From Tubiluchus corallicola (lineage: Eukaryota; Animalia; Priapulida), in the NCBI GenBank assembly GCA_030141605.1, contig JAQGDQ010000363.1, positions 170,984 to 234,983 of the forward strand: a stretch of DNA of 64,000 bases. The letters are read 5' to 3'. Below the pieces are notes generated by a model that was not told the origin of the DNA, did no database searches, and saw nothing but the letters and a program-made list of their open reading frames with translations. Positions 28,353-42,796 of this stretch are shown piece by piece. A program made the position numbers and the translations under genes. The stretch's first letter is position 1; every line of letters starts with the position of its first letter.

Positions 28353-28757
28353 TTAATAAAAAAATACACCAAATACAGCAGCTACACAATATAAAGTATC
28401 ATTCATAAACACATCTTGAGTATAATTGTCAGTATCACAATCCCAAAAACAACGACTAGCAACTTTAACACCTTCGCCTCTCTGCTCTCCGATCACAACC
28501 TGAACGACGATTTTGTACCGGTCGTAACCTTTTGACTTCACACTATCTTTGATAAGTGCTGACAGTTTTTTAGTTAGTTCGGGCATCTCTTCTGCGTCAT
28601 ATTCTTTGCCAGACAGCTCGGAAAGTAAAATGTCGTGAATTATGTCCTTCACCACAGCAGGTTTAAATTTTTTCGAGAAGTTTGGACGGATCATGTAGGT
28701 GTGTACACCACCAGAATAGTTAGATGATGAGTGACCTGACTCTGCAGTTAAAGCCAT
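28353..28757 (-). CDS. TCTEX1D2: Tctex1-domain dynein light chain (TCTEX1D2/DYNLT2B-like), intronless CDS
   Basis: 134-aa ORF with TYMIRP..KFKP..VK, YDRYKIVVQVVIGEQRGEGVKVASRCFWD.DTDNY...FMNDTLYCVAAVFGVFFY, typical of TCTEX1D2. Confidence 0.93.
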   Translation of the reverse strand: MALTAESGHSSSNYSGGVHTYMIRPNFSKKFKPAVVKDIIHDILLSELSGKEYDAEEMPELTKKLSALIKDSVKSKGYDRYKIVVQVVIGEQRGEGVKVASRCFWDCDTDNYTQDVFMNDTLYCVAAVFGVFFY

Positions 28758-29754
28758 CGTAGGTTATTTGACAACAAACAAAATCTGCAGTAGAACTAGT
28801 TTTCTTCTTTCACAATACACAGGTCACAAACTATGAAGCACTATGCAGTTACAAAATTTATTTGGTCTAATAAAAAATTAATATTCTTATACAAACGCCA
28901 GGCTTACAGTTTGTGCAACAGTTGATGATAATACTGTTCTAATATTCACTGCAATGTATATCGGTCTCCAACTTGCCAGGTTGTTAGCTAGCGTACACTC
29001 GCACCGTCTCGTATTTGCAACGAATTAACAGCATCTTTATAAGCCGTATTCTCGTTTGAATTTTATTAATAAACGTTCAATTTCTATTTTAGAGTCCCTG
29101 CTTATGACAAGCACGTAAAAGTAACATCGATCATAGTATTACAACACTTAAAATAGCAGACTAAACGTGTAAAATGTACAGCAGCAACACGCTTCTTCAG
29201 CATTCAGCCATCTTTGTTTCCCTTCGTTGCCAGGTGGTTGGATCAACGGATTAATAAAGGAGGGGTGAGATAGTGGCTGACGTTGCTCAACGAGATCAGT
29301 GCATATTTGGCTCAAAAAAATTAACACACTAATTCACTTTTCAACAGCAACAAGCTCAAAGATCACTCTTTATTTTAGGAGAATGAATGTTTCCTTGTTA
29401 TGAGATTTTGAATTTTCCTATTATTAAAAACTGTTTATAATGTAAAATGGTATAATATAAAATAAGTCACAAATCATTATAATTACAATAAGCGAGCATT
29501 GACAATGTTAGATTTCTTGTGTGCAAACAGAATTTCATAGGCAAGAAAACTATGCAGGCAATTTTTATCAGTAATTAAACAAATTGAAGCAGCAGTACAG
29601 GTTCAACAGCACAGTTTGCGTGATGTCACTAATCTTAACCGACAAATTTGTTTACTCACTAGATTCTTATTCTATTCTAAAACAAGGATTGTCTAGCAGA
29701 CAACAACTTAGATTTAAGCAGCAGCTGAGTGGTCATAAACCTGGGAAGTGCGTG

Positions 29755-29800
29755 ACGTTGTTCTACTTCCGGTAACCACAAACGCTACTTCCGGTAATGA
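29755..29800. promoter_or_regulatory. Paired ETS-type motifs upstream of TCTEX1D2
   Basis: CTACTTCCGGTAA occurs twice, 22 nt apart, preceded by TGACGT; a YY1-like GCCATCTT lies near 29207. Function is inferred only. Confidence 0.35.
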
Positions 29801-30489
29801 GAATTATTTTTCGTGCATACATGGCATGTGTTACAGCCAATAAAATCTCAAGAAATAGATATTTTTGTGCGTTTCTTTTTTCTTTTCTGGCACCCGAATG
29901 GTCGTTTTTCTTCACTGTTGTCAGTGTTTTCTTTAACTGGAGTTCATAGTAACGTCTAATGATACTTTTACAATGTTTCCTGCTTTTTTAAAGTCCCCCT
30001 ACAGCTGCTTTGTTGCGGGCTCCTTAAAGTTTTTCACAGAGCTGCTTTGTTATGGACCCCTTAAAGTTTTCCCCAAAAATGCTTTGCTATGGACCCGTTT
30101 TTTTAATTTAGATTTATTTATTCATCCATTTAGCACATGCCAAAGTTATAAAATTACTAATAATCTCACTAAATTCTAAATATTATGAGGTAACAGCAAT
30201 GGATATTTTCGCGACCTGCCAATTGCAATGCATTATCAGACATCTATAATCTTAATCTTATCAGACTAAATTAGACTTCTCAAATTAAGATCAGAAATGC
30301 ATCTTTGCTTTTTACTAAAAGCCTTAAAATACCAAAACCAACTCTTCAGTTTAACGGGAGTTACGCCTAAAGTACTATATTAATGCCATAAAAGTTATTA
30401 ACATTCTTTTTTATTTTATATTTTCTTGTAAATATTTTTAATATTATTTAAAATTAGTTAAAAAGATTACGTAATAAACCATTAAACAA

Positions 30490-30885
30490 GACAGCACTTG
30501 CTGTTAGTGCAGTAGTTCCTCTAACGAAGCTGATCAGCAGCGATGAGTACACCACATCTACACAAACATGCACATGACGATGTGTACTGACAGCACTTGC
30601 TGTTAGCTCAGTAGTTCCACTAACGAAGCTGATCAGCAGCGATGAGTACACCACATCTACACAAACATGCACACGACGATGTGTACTGACAGCACTTGCT
30701 GTTAGTGCAGTAGTTCCTCTAACGAAGCTGATCAGCAGCGATGAGTACACCACATCTACATAAACATGCACACGACGATGTGTACTGACAGCACTTGCTG
30801 TTAGTGCAGTAGTTCCACTAACGAAGCTGATCAGCAACGATGAGTACACCACATCTACACAAACATGCACACGACGATGTGTACT
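30490..30885. repeat. 99-bp tandem repeat, 4 copies
   Basis: acagcacttgctgttag starts at 30491, 30590, 30689, 30788. Confidence 0.97.
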
Positions 30886-31185
30886 TCGTTTACATTGACG
30901 TCAATCAGAAATTATCTACTACAAATACTTTTCTTTGAAAACTACTGTAAACAACGGTTATTCTAGTTGTAGTTCTTTTGACAGAGCATGTTAAGTTGGG
31001 ATGCATCTGGGCACAACGTCTTAGCGGGTTTACACGCTGTGATGCTTAAAAATTTACACTTTTACAAACCAGAAACTATCTATTATGCATTGCCATCATA
31101 CTACATGTACAGTAAACAGCGGTTAGTCCAGTAATTCCGCTGATAGAGCAATATTCAGCAAAGCTGCATACACTACTCCTAGCAG

Positions 31186-31603
31186 CAGGGCTGGATTCCC
31201 TATAGGCTAATACAGCCAGCAGCTTAGGGTCCCTCAAGCTTGGCGGCCCATACTTTGCATTTCTGAATAATTCATAAAACTTAAAATAAAATTTAAATTT
31301 TGAAAAGGGAGGCCAGGAAGTGTGAAAATCCAATTTTAAAGTGGTTCCTCATTTTAGATAAAGGATCCCCGTTTCAGGCCTTTTATTCGAGACAAAGGTC
31401 CCTTGCTCGAGGCCCTGTATTTGAGATAAGGACCCTCTTTTAAGCCCTTTGTTTAAAATACAGCTATGCAAATGCTGCCTAAGCATATCGTAAGTAAAAA
31501 AAAAACATTTTGAGACGGGTGCGAGCAAATTAAGGTGGTTCCATCTGAGGGGTCCCAGAATTTCATTAGCCTGGGGGCCCCAAGAAATCATAATTCGGCC
31601 CTG
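31186..31603 (+). mobile_element. hAT MITE, same termini family as 18667 with a different interior
   Basis: CAGGGCTGGA / TTCGGCCCTG; 6/8 TSD CCTAGCAG / CCTAATAG. Confidence 0.85.
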
Positions 31604-33011
31604 CCTAATAGGCTTGCACGCAGCAATGTTTACTTATTTACACAAATACCAATCAGAAACTATCTATTATGCATTCCTATGCCTAACTACTGTAAACACG
31701 AGGGTCATGCCCTTTTACAATAGATAACTACTCTAGTATTCATTAAGCTACTACAATGGCTGCGTGATGCATGCTGATTTATCATGAAAAGATTCTCAGA
31801 TTGTTAGAAACACTACTGGCAAGACGGCAGTTACTGCTGAGCAAATATTGCAGAGCAGAGGACACAAGAAAAAGAGAAAAATAGTTATCCATCATTAGAG
31901 TGCAATAATCTGTCAGTGACAAAAGACGGAAAAAGAAAAAATTGAAAGATTTTATTGAAAGATTTAACTCATCTAAAGGCCAGAATTAAATAAAACACCA
32001 AGGATCTTTGCTGTGGAATTCATTATCAGATCAATTAAAGTCAAGTAACTACAATAAGTTAGTTCTAAACTATAAAAAACAACTTATTGCAGGGTACAAA
32101 TGAATGGGATATTTTACTTATATACTGGGAATACCTATACATTTTTTTCATTGTTACGACACTTTAAGTTTTGTCTAAGTTTTTGCTATATTTTCATTTC
32201 ATTTTGTCTTATTTACAGTTGATTTAGTTTTTCGATGGTTTAATTTATTATATTCTCTTTCTCGACAGCTCAGTCATTGATGTTATTATTACAACATTTC
32301 AGTTTTGTTTTTTCTTATTTGCTTCTGTTTTTTTGTTTTGTTTTGTATGATTTATATTTACCTTATTTTTCCTTGGTTTAATTTATTATATTCTTTTTCT
32401 CGACATCTTTGATTGATCATTCTACTGTTTTTTCATTTTTACCGGATTTTGAAGTTATTGCGCAAATTATGCATTTTCTGTTATGTTAAAAATCTTAAGT
32501 TATTTTTATTTTGTTTGCTTCGCATATTCACAGTATTTTAGAGTTGTAAATTTTTGATTATTTAAATTATAATGTTCTACAGTATTGCGTTTCCCATCAT
32601 TTAACTACCAATTACACAAGTCAACAGAATTCAAATTTAAATTGAGAATGGTGCCAAAATTAATTTTATTGAATCCTAGTTATTTAAGTATGACTGACTA
32701 GATAACCTACGGGTTCTTCGCTGCCCTCCTCCTTTGTTACATAATATTGCATGTATTCCTAATACTGTATTTTGATCATTCTTGCGGAGTTAATAAATGA
32801 ATTGAATTTAATTGAATTAACTTAAGGAAAATTATCTTGAAAAGTTCAGGTTTGCACTCAGCAGTGTTGTGTGTCACGTGATTTCACACTGGAGTAGAAA
32901 TTACATGTTCTCTTGATAGACTACAATGCCAATAACAGCACACTATTGCCAAAAAAATTTACAAAAAACAAACAAAATAAAATCAGAAATAATTCAAAGA
33001 TACTCTACACT

Positions 33012-33112
33012 GCATTACATTACATTACGTTACAAGACATTACACTACGTTACGTTACGTTACATTACATTACATTACGTTACATTACATTACGTTACAT
33101 GACATTACACTA
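33012..33112. repeat. (CATTA/CGTTA)n pentanucleotide array
   Basis: Direct reading. Confidence 0.92.
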
Positions 33113-33362
33113 AGCATTGCAATAGTTTTCATAGGTAAATGAGTTGCAGTGAACCATATACCCCGAATTTAAAAAGAAACATTACTTATGATTCTTGTCC
33201 TATATTGTCAAAAGATGGCGACACATGCTCTGCGCATTTTACCATTTGATCCTCGGACACGTCATAATCATGATCATCTTGCTTTGTAAAAGAACTTTAT
33301 TTTCCAAACAGAAGAAAGTGTAGTTAGTTAATTAATTAATGATTATATTCCTTATTTCTTAC

Positions 33363-33423
33363 CTAGTGGGTTGTGTGATCTTTGTTTTAACTCCTCCAAA
33401 GCTTTTTTGTTCAATTCTCTTGA
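33363..33423 (-). CDS. Small linker exon of the SH3-FAM107 model
   Basis: tttatttttcag / G|gtaaga, 61 nt, phase 0-1, open and helical: SRELNKKALEELKQRSHNPL. Its phase-1 end matches the FAM107 exon start. Confidence 0.72.
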
Positions 33424-33676
33424 CTGAAAAATAAACAAACAATCATTTGATTAAAATCCAATAAACAAACAGAATTTTTCATTACTGACAACAAAAATTT
33501 GCAAATTTTATACTACAGAAGAGTGATTAAAGATGGTGACGTCAAAGATGATGATTATGATGATGATGATGATGATGATGGTGGAGGTGATGATGATGAT
33601 AATAATGGTGATTATGATGGTGGTAGTGGTGGTGGTGGTGGTGAAGATGATGATGATCAGGAAGAGAGGGGTCTCT

Positions 33677-33723
33677 ATAATTTCATTAGCCTAGGGGCCC
33701 CAAAAGATCATAATACAGCGCTG
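33677..33723 (+). mobile_element. Isolated 3' end of the hAT MITE family, next to a (GAT/GGT)n tract
   Basis: ataatttcattagcctaggggccccaaaagatcataatacagcgctg. Confidence 0.7.
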
Positions 33724-35802
33724 ACTATTACTATATCTGTGAAACCGAACAGAACAAGTTCGATACATTATTGACACGTGGCCACAGTACACGTTATATT
33801 TGATCTAATCAAAAAACCACGTTGGTACAATAATCTAAAACCATTGCCTTCAGAGAGCAAGCAATTACCCAACACAAAAGCCATAGACACAATGTGAATC
33901 ATATCAGTCATAACTAACAGCTAATCATAAACTGTCATGAGACGGTCGCATGAGTCATTAACAGCTTTTAACAACCTCAAGGCATTATCCATAGAGATGA
34001 GAATATAATAGAGGACTTACATATGAAGCCCATCTTGGAAAATTCCCACCATAAAGGGCCCAATTAGAACTACATAGGGCTCCCCCGAAGGTATCCCATT
34101 ATAATAACACTCAATTAGAGCTATAGAAATTACGAACATGAGTCAGTACTTCGGAGTATAGCTAGGAATCTTTACCACGTATCATAGTGTAGATTATACA
34201 GCAGGGAGACTACAGAAATCTATTAGTTGTGTGGCAAGTTAAAATACATGCAGAAATACGGAGAATAATAGGAGACCTCGGCAGAACTCAATAAATAAAT
34301 GAAAAATCAACAAAGACTTGAATAACAACTGAAGACATAAACAATAACATAACACAAAGTAATAATCGAAGGTACAAAAAAATACGCAACTACATCAATA
34401 AAACATGATACAATGTGAACTGAAGCGTCAAAAGTTATGGATACAGCTATACAACCAGCAATGGCTTAGTGGTGAAGGTTCACATCTTAAACACCATTAA
34501 TACATGTTTGTTCTCGTAGAGTCTGCAGTCACGTTTTTGTCAGAACTATGATTTTTTTTATTTGTGTTCCAAAACATTGTCTAAGACTACAAACCTTAAA
34601 AAATGCACGGGCGAATGTAATGATATGCCTAATTGATATAAAAATTAATGGTAAATAACAGGTGGCTCCATCTATACATAGCCGACGGAAAAAACTGCAT
34701 GTAATCAGCGCTATCAGCTTAAAATCAGAATAATTAAACATTGTTAAGTACTGTGCATACATTAATTCTGCCCTATCGCAAATGTTTGGCTAACGTGGAA
34801 ACGCACTGGTATAGCTGGAAAGGGTTCAATAGCACAGGTTACCAATACTTACAACGATCGTACGCTCGCTTCGTTGAATTACAAAACAGGGCAGCAGCAA
34901 AACACTGAAAAATGATCACTGGCTTCAACACGCTGGTTTTATTGTACTGGTTTCAGTATTACAGCGAGCGCTTATTAACAAAAAGTAGTTAAACCATGTG
35001 ACAAAACAAAACAAAAATTCTTACATTATTAGAAATCAACGAAATTTCCAGTTACTAAGAGATCAAAATGGTGGAACATACTGCTACTCTTAGTTATATT
35101 TAACTTAAATGGTTAAAACTAAATTTAACGCAGTTAATTAAAATTTTAAAAGAAAAATGTGTTAGAAATATACGTAGTTTCCCAGTTTTAGTTTTGCAGC
35201 TCTTAAATTGTACGAATGAAAAAACTACTGCCATACACAACACATATTCAACTTACAAATAAAATATTTCCACATATGTAACTTAAACAGTAGTTACTTA
35301 CAGTCATGTTGCAAGTATTGTTAAAGCAAAGATAACTCATGCATAAATAATCCGTATAACTGAAATGAACTGCAAGATACGGACACCCAAAGGACTAATA
35401 AATGTTTACAAAAGCGATCCTGAATGATTCAAAGGAAACTGTGGGATGAACGGAAGAGGATGCAGTACAGGAAAAGGTCTTAGTATAGCGACCAGACAAG
35501 TTACGATAAATCTAAATTTACTAGCAAACTCAGAAACTTGAAATTTCAGGAATTCGATCAAAAAAAGCCGAAGCTTTTGCCAGCCGTTAAAATAATTATT
35601 AATCACAACTTTTTAAAACAGAAGACCAACAGCTTTACATATTATGATCAGTGATCGGGGCAAGGGACCCCTGTTTGGTTCCTGGAATACTCCTAACAAT
35701 GCTCTTGTTCAAGGGAAAAAGGAAACTTTGCCACGTGCCAACTACTAACAGGTCCTACGAGTACTTAACTTACAACATTCCGTCAGGTAAGAAAATGGAT
35801 AA

Positions 35803-36328
<526 letters not shown>

Positions 36329-38229
36329 TAACCAAAAAACTAATGTTATAACGTTAACCGCACCAATAACTACACAACTGCGTTCAACTGTTAACAAATC
36401 AACCAAAAAAGTAAACAACGTGAAAATGTTTACAACCATTGTGAGGTAAACAATATTATTACTCTTTTATTATAAACAAACTTACAAAAATCACGCGCGC
36501 CGCAAGACTCAAAGCTACGTAAATAAGACTATGTAAAATGTTTTAAACATTTACAAACACCACTGCTTAGTACTTACCCACAAAGGCTATACACAAACAC
36601 ATAAACAACAAAACACATTTGTAAGCGATTAAAGAGCATTAAAGAGTATGTCAGCCAAGCCTTGGGGTATCTAAGGTTCATATTCAAAAAAATTTTTTAA
36701 AGATGGTCGTGTTCTTTTTAATTCTCTTATGATGTTCGTTTGTAGTTAATTATTACAACCTTAAAGTTAATACAATTATTAACATTAATTTTATTGAAAT
36801 ATTATCTTAATGCTAATATTAATTTTATTCAAATTTTTGATATGAGAGTGTGCAATATTTGATTCTATTTATTATAAATCTTCTAAATAATGCAAATGGA
36901 TAACACACTATAGAAATGTAACTAAACTTAAACTTATCATTAATGATGGTACAAACTCATAATTAATTAATTTTTCACATCAAACTTGAAAGGGAGGAAG
37001 TTTAAATGCAGCCTGGATTTGAACCATTGACCTTCTGCTCTGTATTCCAACTTTTCAAGTTTGGAATCAAAGTTTATACAATAGTTATAAGGATGAGATG
37101 CTCGAGATATTAACCAAAACTTCGTTGCTGTTTTATAATTTCTACTTGGAGGAAGCATTGCTTAGTAAAACTGGTAACACCCTGTTCCTAATTTGTCCAC
37201 TTCAAATTCAGTTCAACGTTTCAACCCCTTTTTTTCAAAATAATTGCAAAATCTATAATATAATGCAGCAGACACCTGGCACAATTTACCAATTTAATCA
37301 CAGCAGCCGCTATCTCAGACGGCAATTTTCTAAATCATTAGTAAAATACTGGGCTATTATTAAGCCAATTGCTGTTCAGCTACACGTAATAATTATTAAC
37401 CGCCTCTCACCGTGTAAACGTACATACGTCTGTTGCAAAGCTGCGCGCAGTACAAAATTCCATAAACAGTTTTTCTTAATGATAATCACTAGCCCAGTGA
37501 ACTTAATAATGGGCAGTTAAAGTTTATTCGCCTAATTATCAGTTCTGTACTCATCGCTGTAATCCGAGAATATGTGTACGGAAACACGAGCAGAAACTTC
37601 CTGAATTCGATTCTCATAACAAAGACGTCATTATTAGAACTCAGACAAAAACTTAGAATTGCTTCTCAAAAACTGCTGCACCTTGGCTTTGAAACGTGCT
37701 CATGCTTTTGTTTACCTGTGGTTTACCTGACTGTGAAGGCCTTATTAGGAAATTATCCATCAGGATGGGTTTGCTATTAGAGTGTAGGTGTACAGTCGTA
37801 CAGATGTAGATGCCGCGAAATCATGTTTCCGAAAAATCTCGTTAAACAAAGAGTTTTAGATTCTAATTAATTCCATTTTTTCTGTTTTTTTCTGTTTTTT
37901 TCTTTTTTTGCAGACAAATGTATCGCATGGGCTACTAAAAGTATTTAAATCTATGACAGATAATAAAGTTTGTTCTATAAGAATTCCAAAATCGGTTGCG
38001 AAAGTTAGGAAACATTAGTTCCTACATATGATAGGACAGGTAACCAGCAGCAAATAATTTATGGCTAATCAACCTAAATTCACATAAGATACATTCGTTC
38101 ATGCGGAAGGTCCCCAATTTATTGATTGCTCCCTATCCGAAAGGTCCTTCTTGCTTTTACTAATTTATTTAAACAGGAAGAGACCTGATTTTGGCTAATA
38201 CAGTAATAAGCAAGAAGATAAACACTTAC

Positions 38230-38341
38230 CTCCTAAATTAGCAGCATTTGTTGTTGAACACTTATTAGCATTCAAAATGAAGGTTGAAAGGTCTTCTTTA
38301 CGCACGTTTTCCTTCCACATTTCTACTGATGCAAATATTCC
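38230..38341 (-). CDS. Candidate alternative exon of the SH3-FAM107 model
   Basis: Consensus donor GAG|gtaagt, weak acceptor cattctcag, 112 nt, phase 0-1, open: GIFASVEMWKENVRKEDLSTFILNANKCSTTNAANLG. Confidence 0.3.
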
Positions 38342-39926
38342 CTGAGAATGACCTTTACCTGATTCTTGAGCTTTAAGTTTTTCTTTAAGCTCTGTGGCCT
38401 TTAAATGATCTTTACCTATCGTTTGGGCTATGTGATATTGAAATGACCTTCACCTGACCCTTGAGCTTAGTGATCTATAAATAACAATTACTGGACGCGT
38501 GAGTTTGATGAGTCTAAATGACTTTTGGATGACCTTTTCAGTTTGTGAATTTTATAAAATTGTGAAATTCAGTGCTGTGAGGAACGCTCATACATTGTGA
38601 ATGCATAAGAAATACAGCGTTAGCGTTGTGAATTGTAGGCCTGTAGCTTAAGATTCTGACCACAGATAGCATTGCAGTACCATTAATCTTATGATTTTGC
38701 TGGTCAACTTTAGTGACAAATTGTAAAATCTCGCCGGACGCTTCACCGGACAACAAGGTGAGCGGCTTATCAACGACCACCCCTCTGCGATTATGACAGA
38801 TTACAGCTGGTTCCAGGCAATTATCATTCAAGGCTTCCAAATAGGTCAAACAACAATTTACTTATTAAACACACGCTATTAGGGGGCAGTACTTGAAAAG
38901 GCTTTAATACAGAGGTCAGAAAAATTTACATAACCCAGGAGCAGGGTGGCCATCAAAGCGGGGCCAAACGGGGACACGGGATTCGGGAAGAATTAAAACT
39001 TCCGTCCAAGAAAGGGAAGGAAAATCTCTTTTCAAATTGAAACAGTCGTACTTTTTTGAACGATTGCAGAATTAGCAGGTAAAAAGTTTTGCTAATTGAT
39101 TTCAACAATTTGTTACCTGGAGCAAAAAGTGTTGAAGGAGTTAAGTATCTGGTTAATCTTGCCCAGCGCATTAATGCATGGATTATAGGACGCAAAGCTC
39201 GTGTGTATTTTCTACAGTACTAAATGACTCCACCCAAGAAATTAGCCCAAGTTAACTGTTTCATTAAAATCATGACTAACATGGCGGAAATCAACAACAC
39301 GGCACAAATTATAGCTGCAGAAGTCGCCATTTTAAACTTTAGTAAATTACAGTGATATTTGTTGAGGGCGTAGCTTTAACAACGGGGCCAAAAGTTCTAG
39401 TTTAAACCTCTTGCCGCTTTTGTTTCCGGTTCAATTTTGTAGGAAAGGAGTTAGAATTCTCTCTCCCTTTTGGACTAGATATGACAGTCTGGTTAAATTT
39501 CCTTTTAGAAAAATGCAGTTGCTGGGATCTCTTGTTGAGTTTAGGAATTATGATAATGACGATGATGGTGATGATGATGATGATGATGAAGGTGATGACG
39601 ATCACGATGATGATGAAGAAGTTGATGACGATCAGGATGATGATGATGACTGATGATGATGATGATGATGATGATGATACAAAATAATGAGAACAATTAT
39701 AATTACAACTAAGTGTTTAGTTTTTTACAATGTTATACACTTGTATAATGTACGAAAAAATTAAACTAAAAACAAAAATCATGATGAGATGGTAATGATA
39801 ACAATAATATTGATGGTGATGGTTGCTCTGAATAATGATCAGGGAATCATTAAAATTGATGACAATAATGGCAATCATGACAATGACGATGACAACACCA
39901 ATTTTAAAACAAAGGTAATAACTTAC

Positions 39927-39971
39927 CCTCGAGTCTTCAGGTAACAATTTAGCTACTTTTTTGTGCTCCGG
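39927..39971 (-). CDS. Small linker exon of the SH3-FAM107 model
   Basis: tttatttcttgcag / AGG|gtaagt, 45 nt, phase 0-0, open: PEHKKVAKLLPEDSR. Confidence 0.7.
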
Positions 39972-40793
39972 CTGCAAGAAATAAACACAAATAATTAATT
40001 AACAGCATTTCAGAAAATCAATTAGTTGAGAGTCATGCGATTCAGCACGACACTGCAGATGCAGAGATCAAAGATTGGTGATAAACACTGAAATTAAATA
40101 TTCATTTATGCCATTTTCATTGTTTCTGTCAAAATAAATTATAATTTTTAATAGGTGTTCTGATATATAATATATAACACAAAAATACATATATATATAT
40201 AAAATATAAAACACAAATATATACACACACACACACACACATATATATATGTATATATGTACATATATACATATATGTGCGTGTGTGTGTGTGTGTGTGT
40301 GTATTTTTGTGTTTTTCTATATGTATAAGTGTTTTTACAATTATGGTTAAATTTCCAACTCAAGTATGAAATCACCAACAGAAACAGACAATGCAGAAAC
40401 AACAGAAAATCACTCAAATGCAGTTTTAGGTTCAAATTTTTTCGAACAAATGGCAAAACATTGTAAGAGGCAACCTAGACGGTTTGTAGTCAATTACAAA
40501 TTAATATCATATAGTACGTATAACACTACCAAACTTTTTACTTCTGCTTTAGACCAGACGACATAGATTAACGAATAACGTGTCTGCTTTTCATTTGATA
40601 GGTAGTAGGTTCGATACTGCGGCTGTGTCATAGCAAACACATTATAAGTCGCATTTGTTGTCCTGTTGCTCTAGTATTAGTTCGTTATTTACAGTCGGCG
40701 ATAAAAATGTTATGTTGAATTTAAAGCGGTTTTTAAGTAAAGGTTATTATTATTATTATTATTATTATTATTGCTCCATAACACCCACGAATC

Positions 40794-41008
40794 CGGGTAA
40801 TAAAGTTACAGTAAGTAAGTAAGCACAAGTTACAGGTAAGAAAGTCAGAGGAAAAAGATACAGGAGAAAAAAAACTATAACTCTAACCCAGGCTCTAACT
40901 ATAACCCTAACCTTCACTCTAGCTAAAATTTAATTGTGATTTTTTTTACTGACTTTTTCCCTAGTCAAAATTGTGACTTTCTTTCCTGGGACTTTGTTAC
41001 TGGTCACC
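40794..41008. repeat. Element with AAAGTCAC/GTGACTTT arms around degenerate TAACCC repeats
   Basis: Related in opposite orientation to 42797-42955. Confidence 0.6.
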
Positions 41009-42796
41009 AAACCAACCCACAGGGCCGATTCTTGTTGTTTCATAAATACCGCATACCGATATAAAGAGACAATGCAGTATTTAAAAAAATTACCACAGCA
41101 CAAACACTTCACAAAGTATAGAATTATGTACCGTCATCAAAACTATGTATCTATTTCTTTCGGTATTCACAATTTGTTTATCGTGAAGTACCACCTGAAA
41201 CTACAACTGTACCTACTTTTTTCTTCCCTTTCTTCTTCTTCTTCTTCCCCGCTGCTCGGGGTAGCAGCAGTTGAGTAAATTCCCAGAAAAACTCTGAGAA
41301 ATTAAAGCCCTTCAGCGCCATAGTTAAATCTTCAGACGTTACTGACTGAAATCACAAAACACGACTCCAATCTTCCATTCCACTTCAAATGACTTTCTGC
41401 TAAAATTCGCTTTAAATGATTGCACAAGATGTTACTTTGTTAAAATACACAGCTGACGAGTATTGTACATTCTCATACTGCGAATAATTTACACAATAAG
41501 GCTGAAGACAGACCAAATTTTGACCATGAATAGCAGATACAACAGACACAGTACAAAGCACGTCCACACAACACAACTTTCCAGTCAGCAGCCACAATTC
41601 CTCTGACCACTACTACCTGCTAGCTTGCCTTATAAATTACTTATTAGATTAAGCAAACTTCAAGTAATTAGACCCGTCCCATTTAATAAGGGGAGGTAAT
41701 GTAGACTGGTACTTTGCACAGAGCAACCATTAATTGCCCTGGCCTGGCGTATGATAGAGGCTATTGTGTGAAAAAAAATGAAGTGCGGTTCTAATAATAA
41801 TAATTCTTCTGTTAATAAATATCGGTAGCAAGTAAGCACGAAGTACCTGTGCCAGTGCATTAGATGGTAACAATTTAGCATTTTACATGCGTGGAAAATT
41901 TTTTTATTTATCTATGCTAATAAACCACTAGCCCGTAGCTGCTTCTATATGGAAGTCATAATTAGTGCTAGTCATAATTAGTACTGTGTTTCCTCGTCTA
42001 TAACGTCACCTGCGCAGTATATTATGATCAGTATCACAGAAACACCCATCAAACATCAAACAACTCTTACTAACTAAATATTCAGAGGATCAGTGTCAAA
42101 GTATTAGCTATAATAATGAGTGATTAATGGCATATATGTATGAAACTAGGGTCACAAACAGAGCACAAGTTATCATGAAAGATGAATTCCATCCAGGTAT
42201 AAAATACTTTGAAATGCTCCCCATCTGGTCGTAGATTCCGGTCAATTGACACTAAAACTACAAGAACTCTAAATTATTTCTATCCCGTCGCGATTCGCAC
42301 CATCAACAGTAAATTTCAGTAAATCTCCAATATTAATTCTGTATGTCACTGTACAACTGATTGAATTATTTGTGTTAATCTCCTTCTTGTTTCCATCAGC
42401 TATTGCAGTACGTAAAACCACATCAATTTCATTGTATGTATTATGCTATAATGACAATAAATTGTTTACTTACTTACTTACTTGCTTACTTACTTACTTA
42501 CTTACTTACTGAAACTTTTAAAACCAGATTTAAACAACAGAGAAATGAATAAATAAAGGCAATAAACAAAGTAAAACTGAAATTAAAATTAACCTTATTT
42601 TGCTCGCACATAAAAGATTAGCGAGTTGTAATTAACGAAATCTGTAAGTTTATTTTACATATTTTAACAGCTCCCGAGAAAAATTCTACTTTACAACACT
42701 TACAGGAATTCCTAAACCTAACTCCTAAACCACAAAATTACTGTAATAATTGAAATATTTTCATCCGAAATAACTGTGTATTCGTGGTGATTTTTT

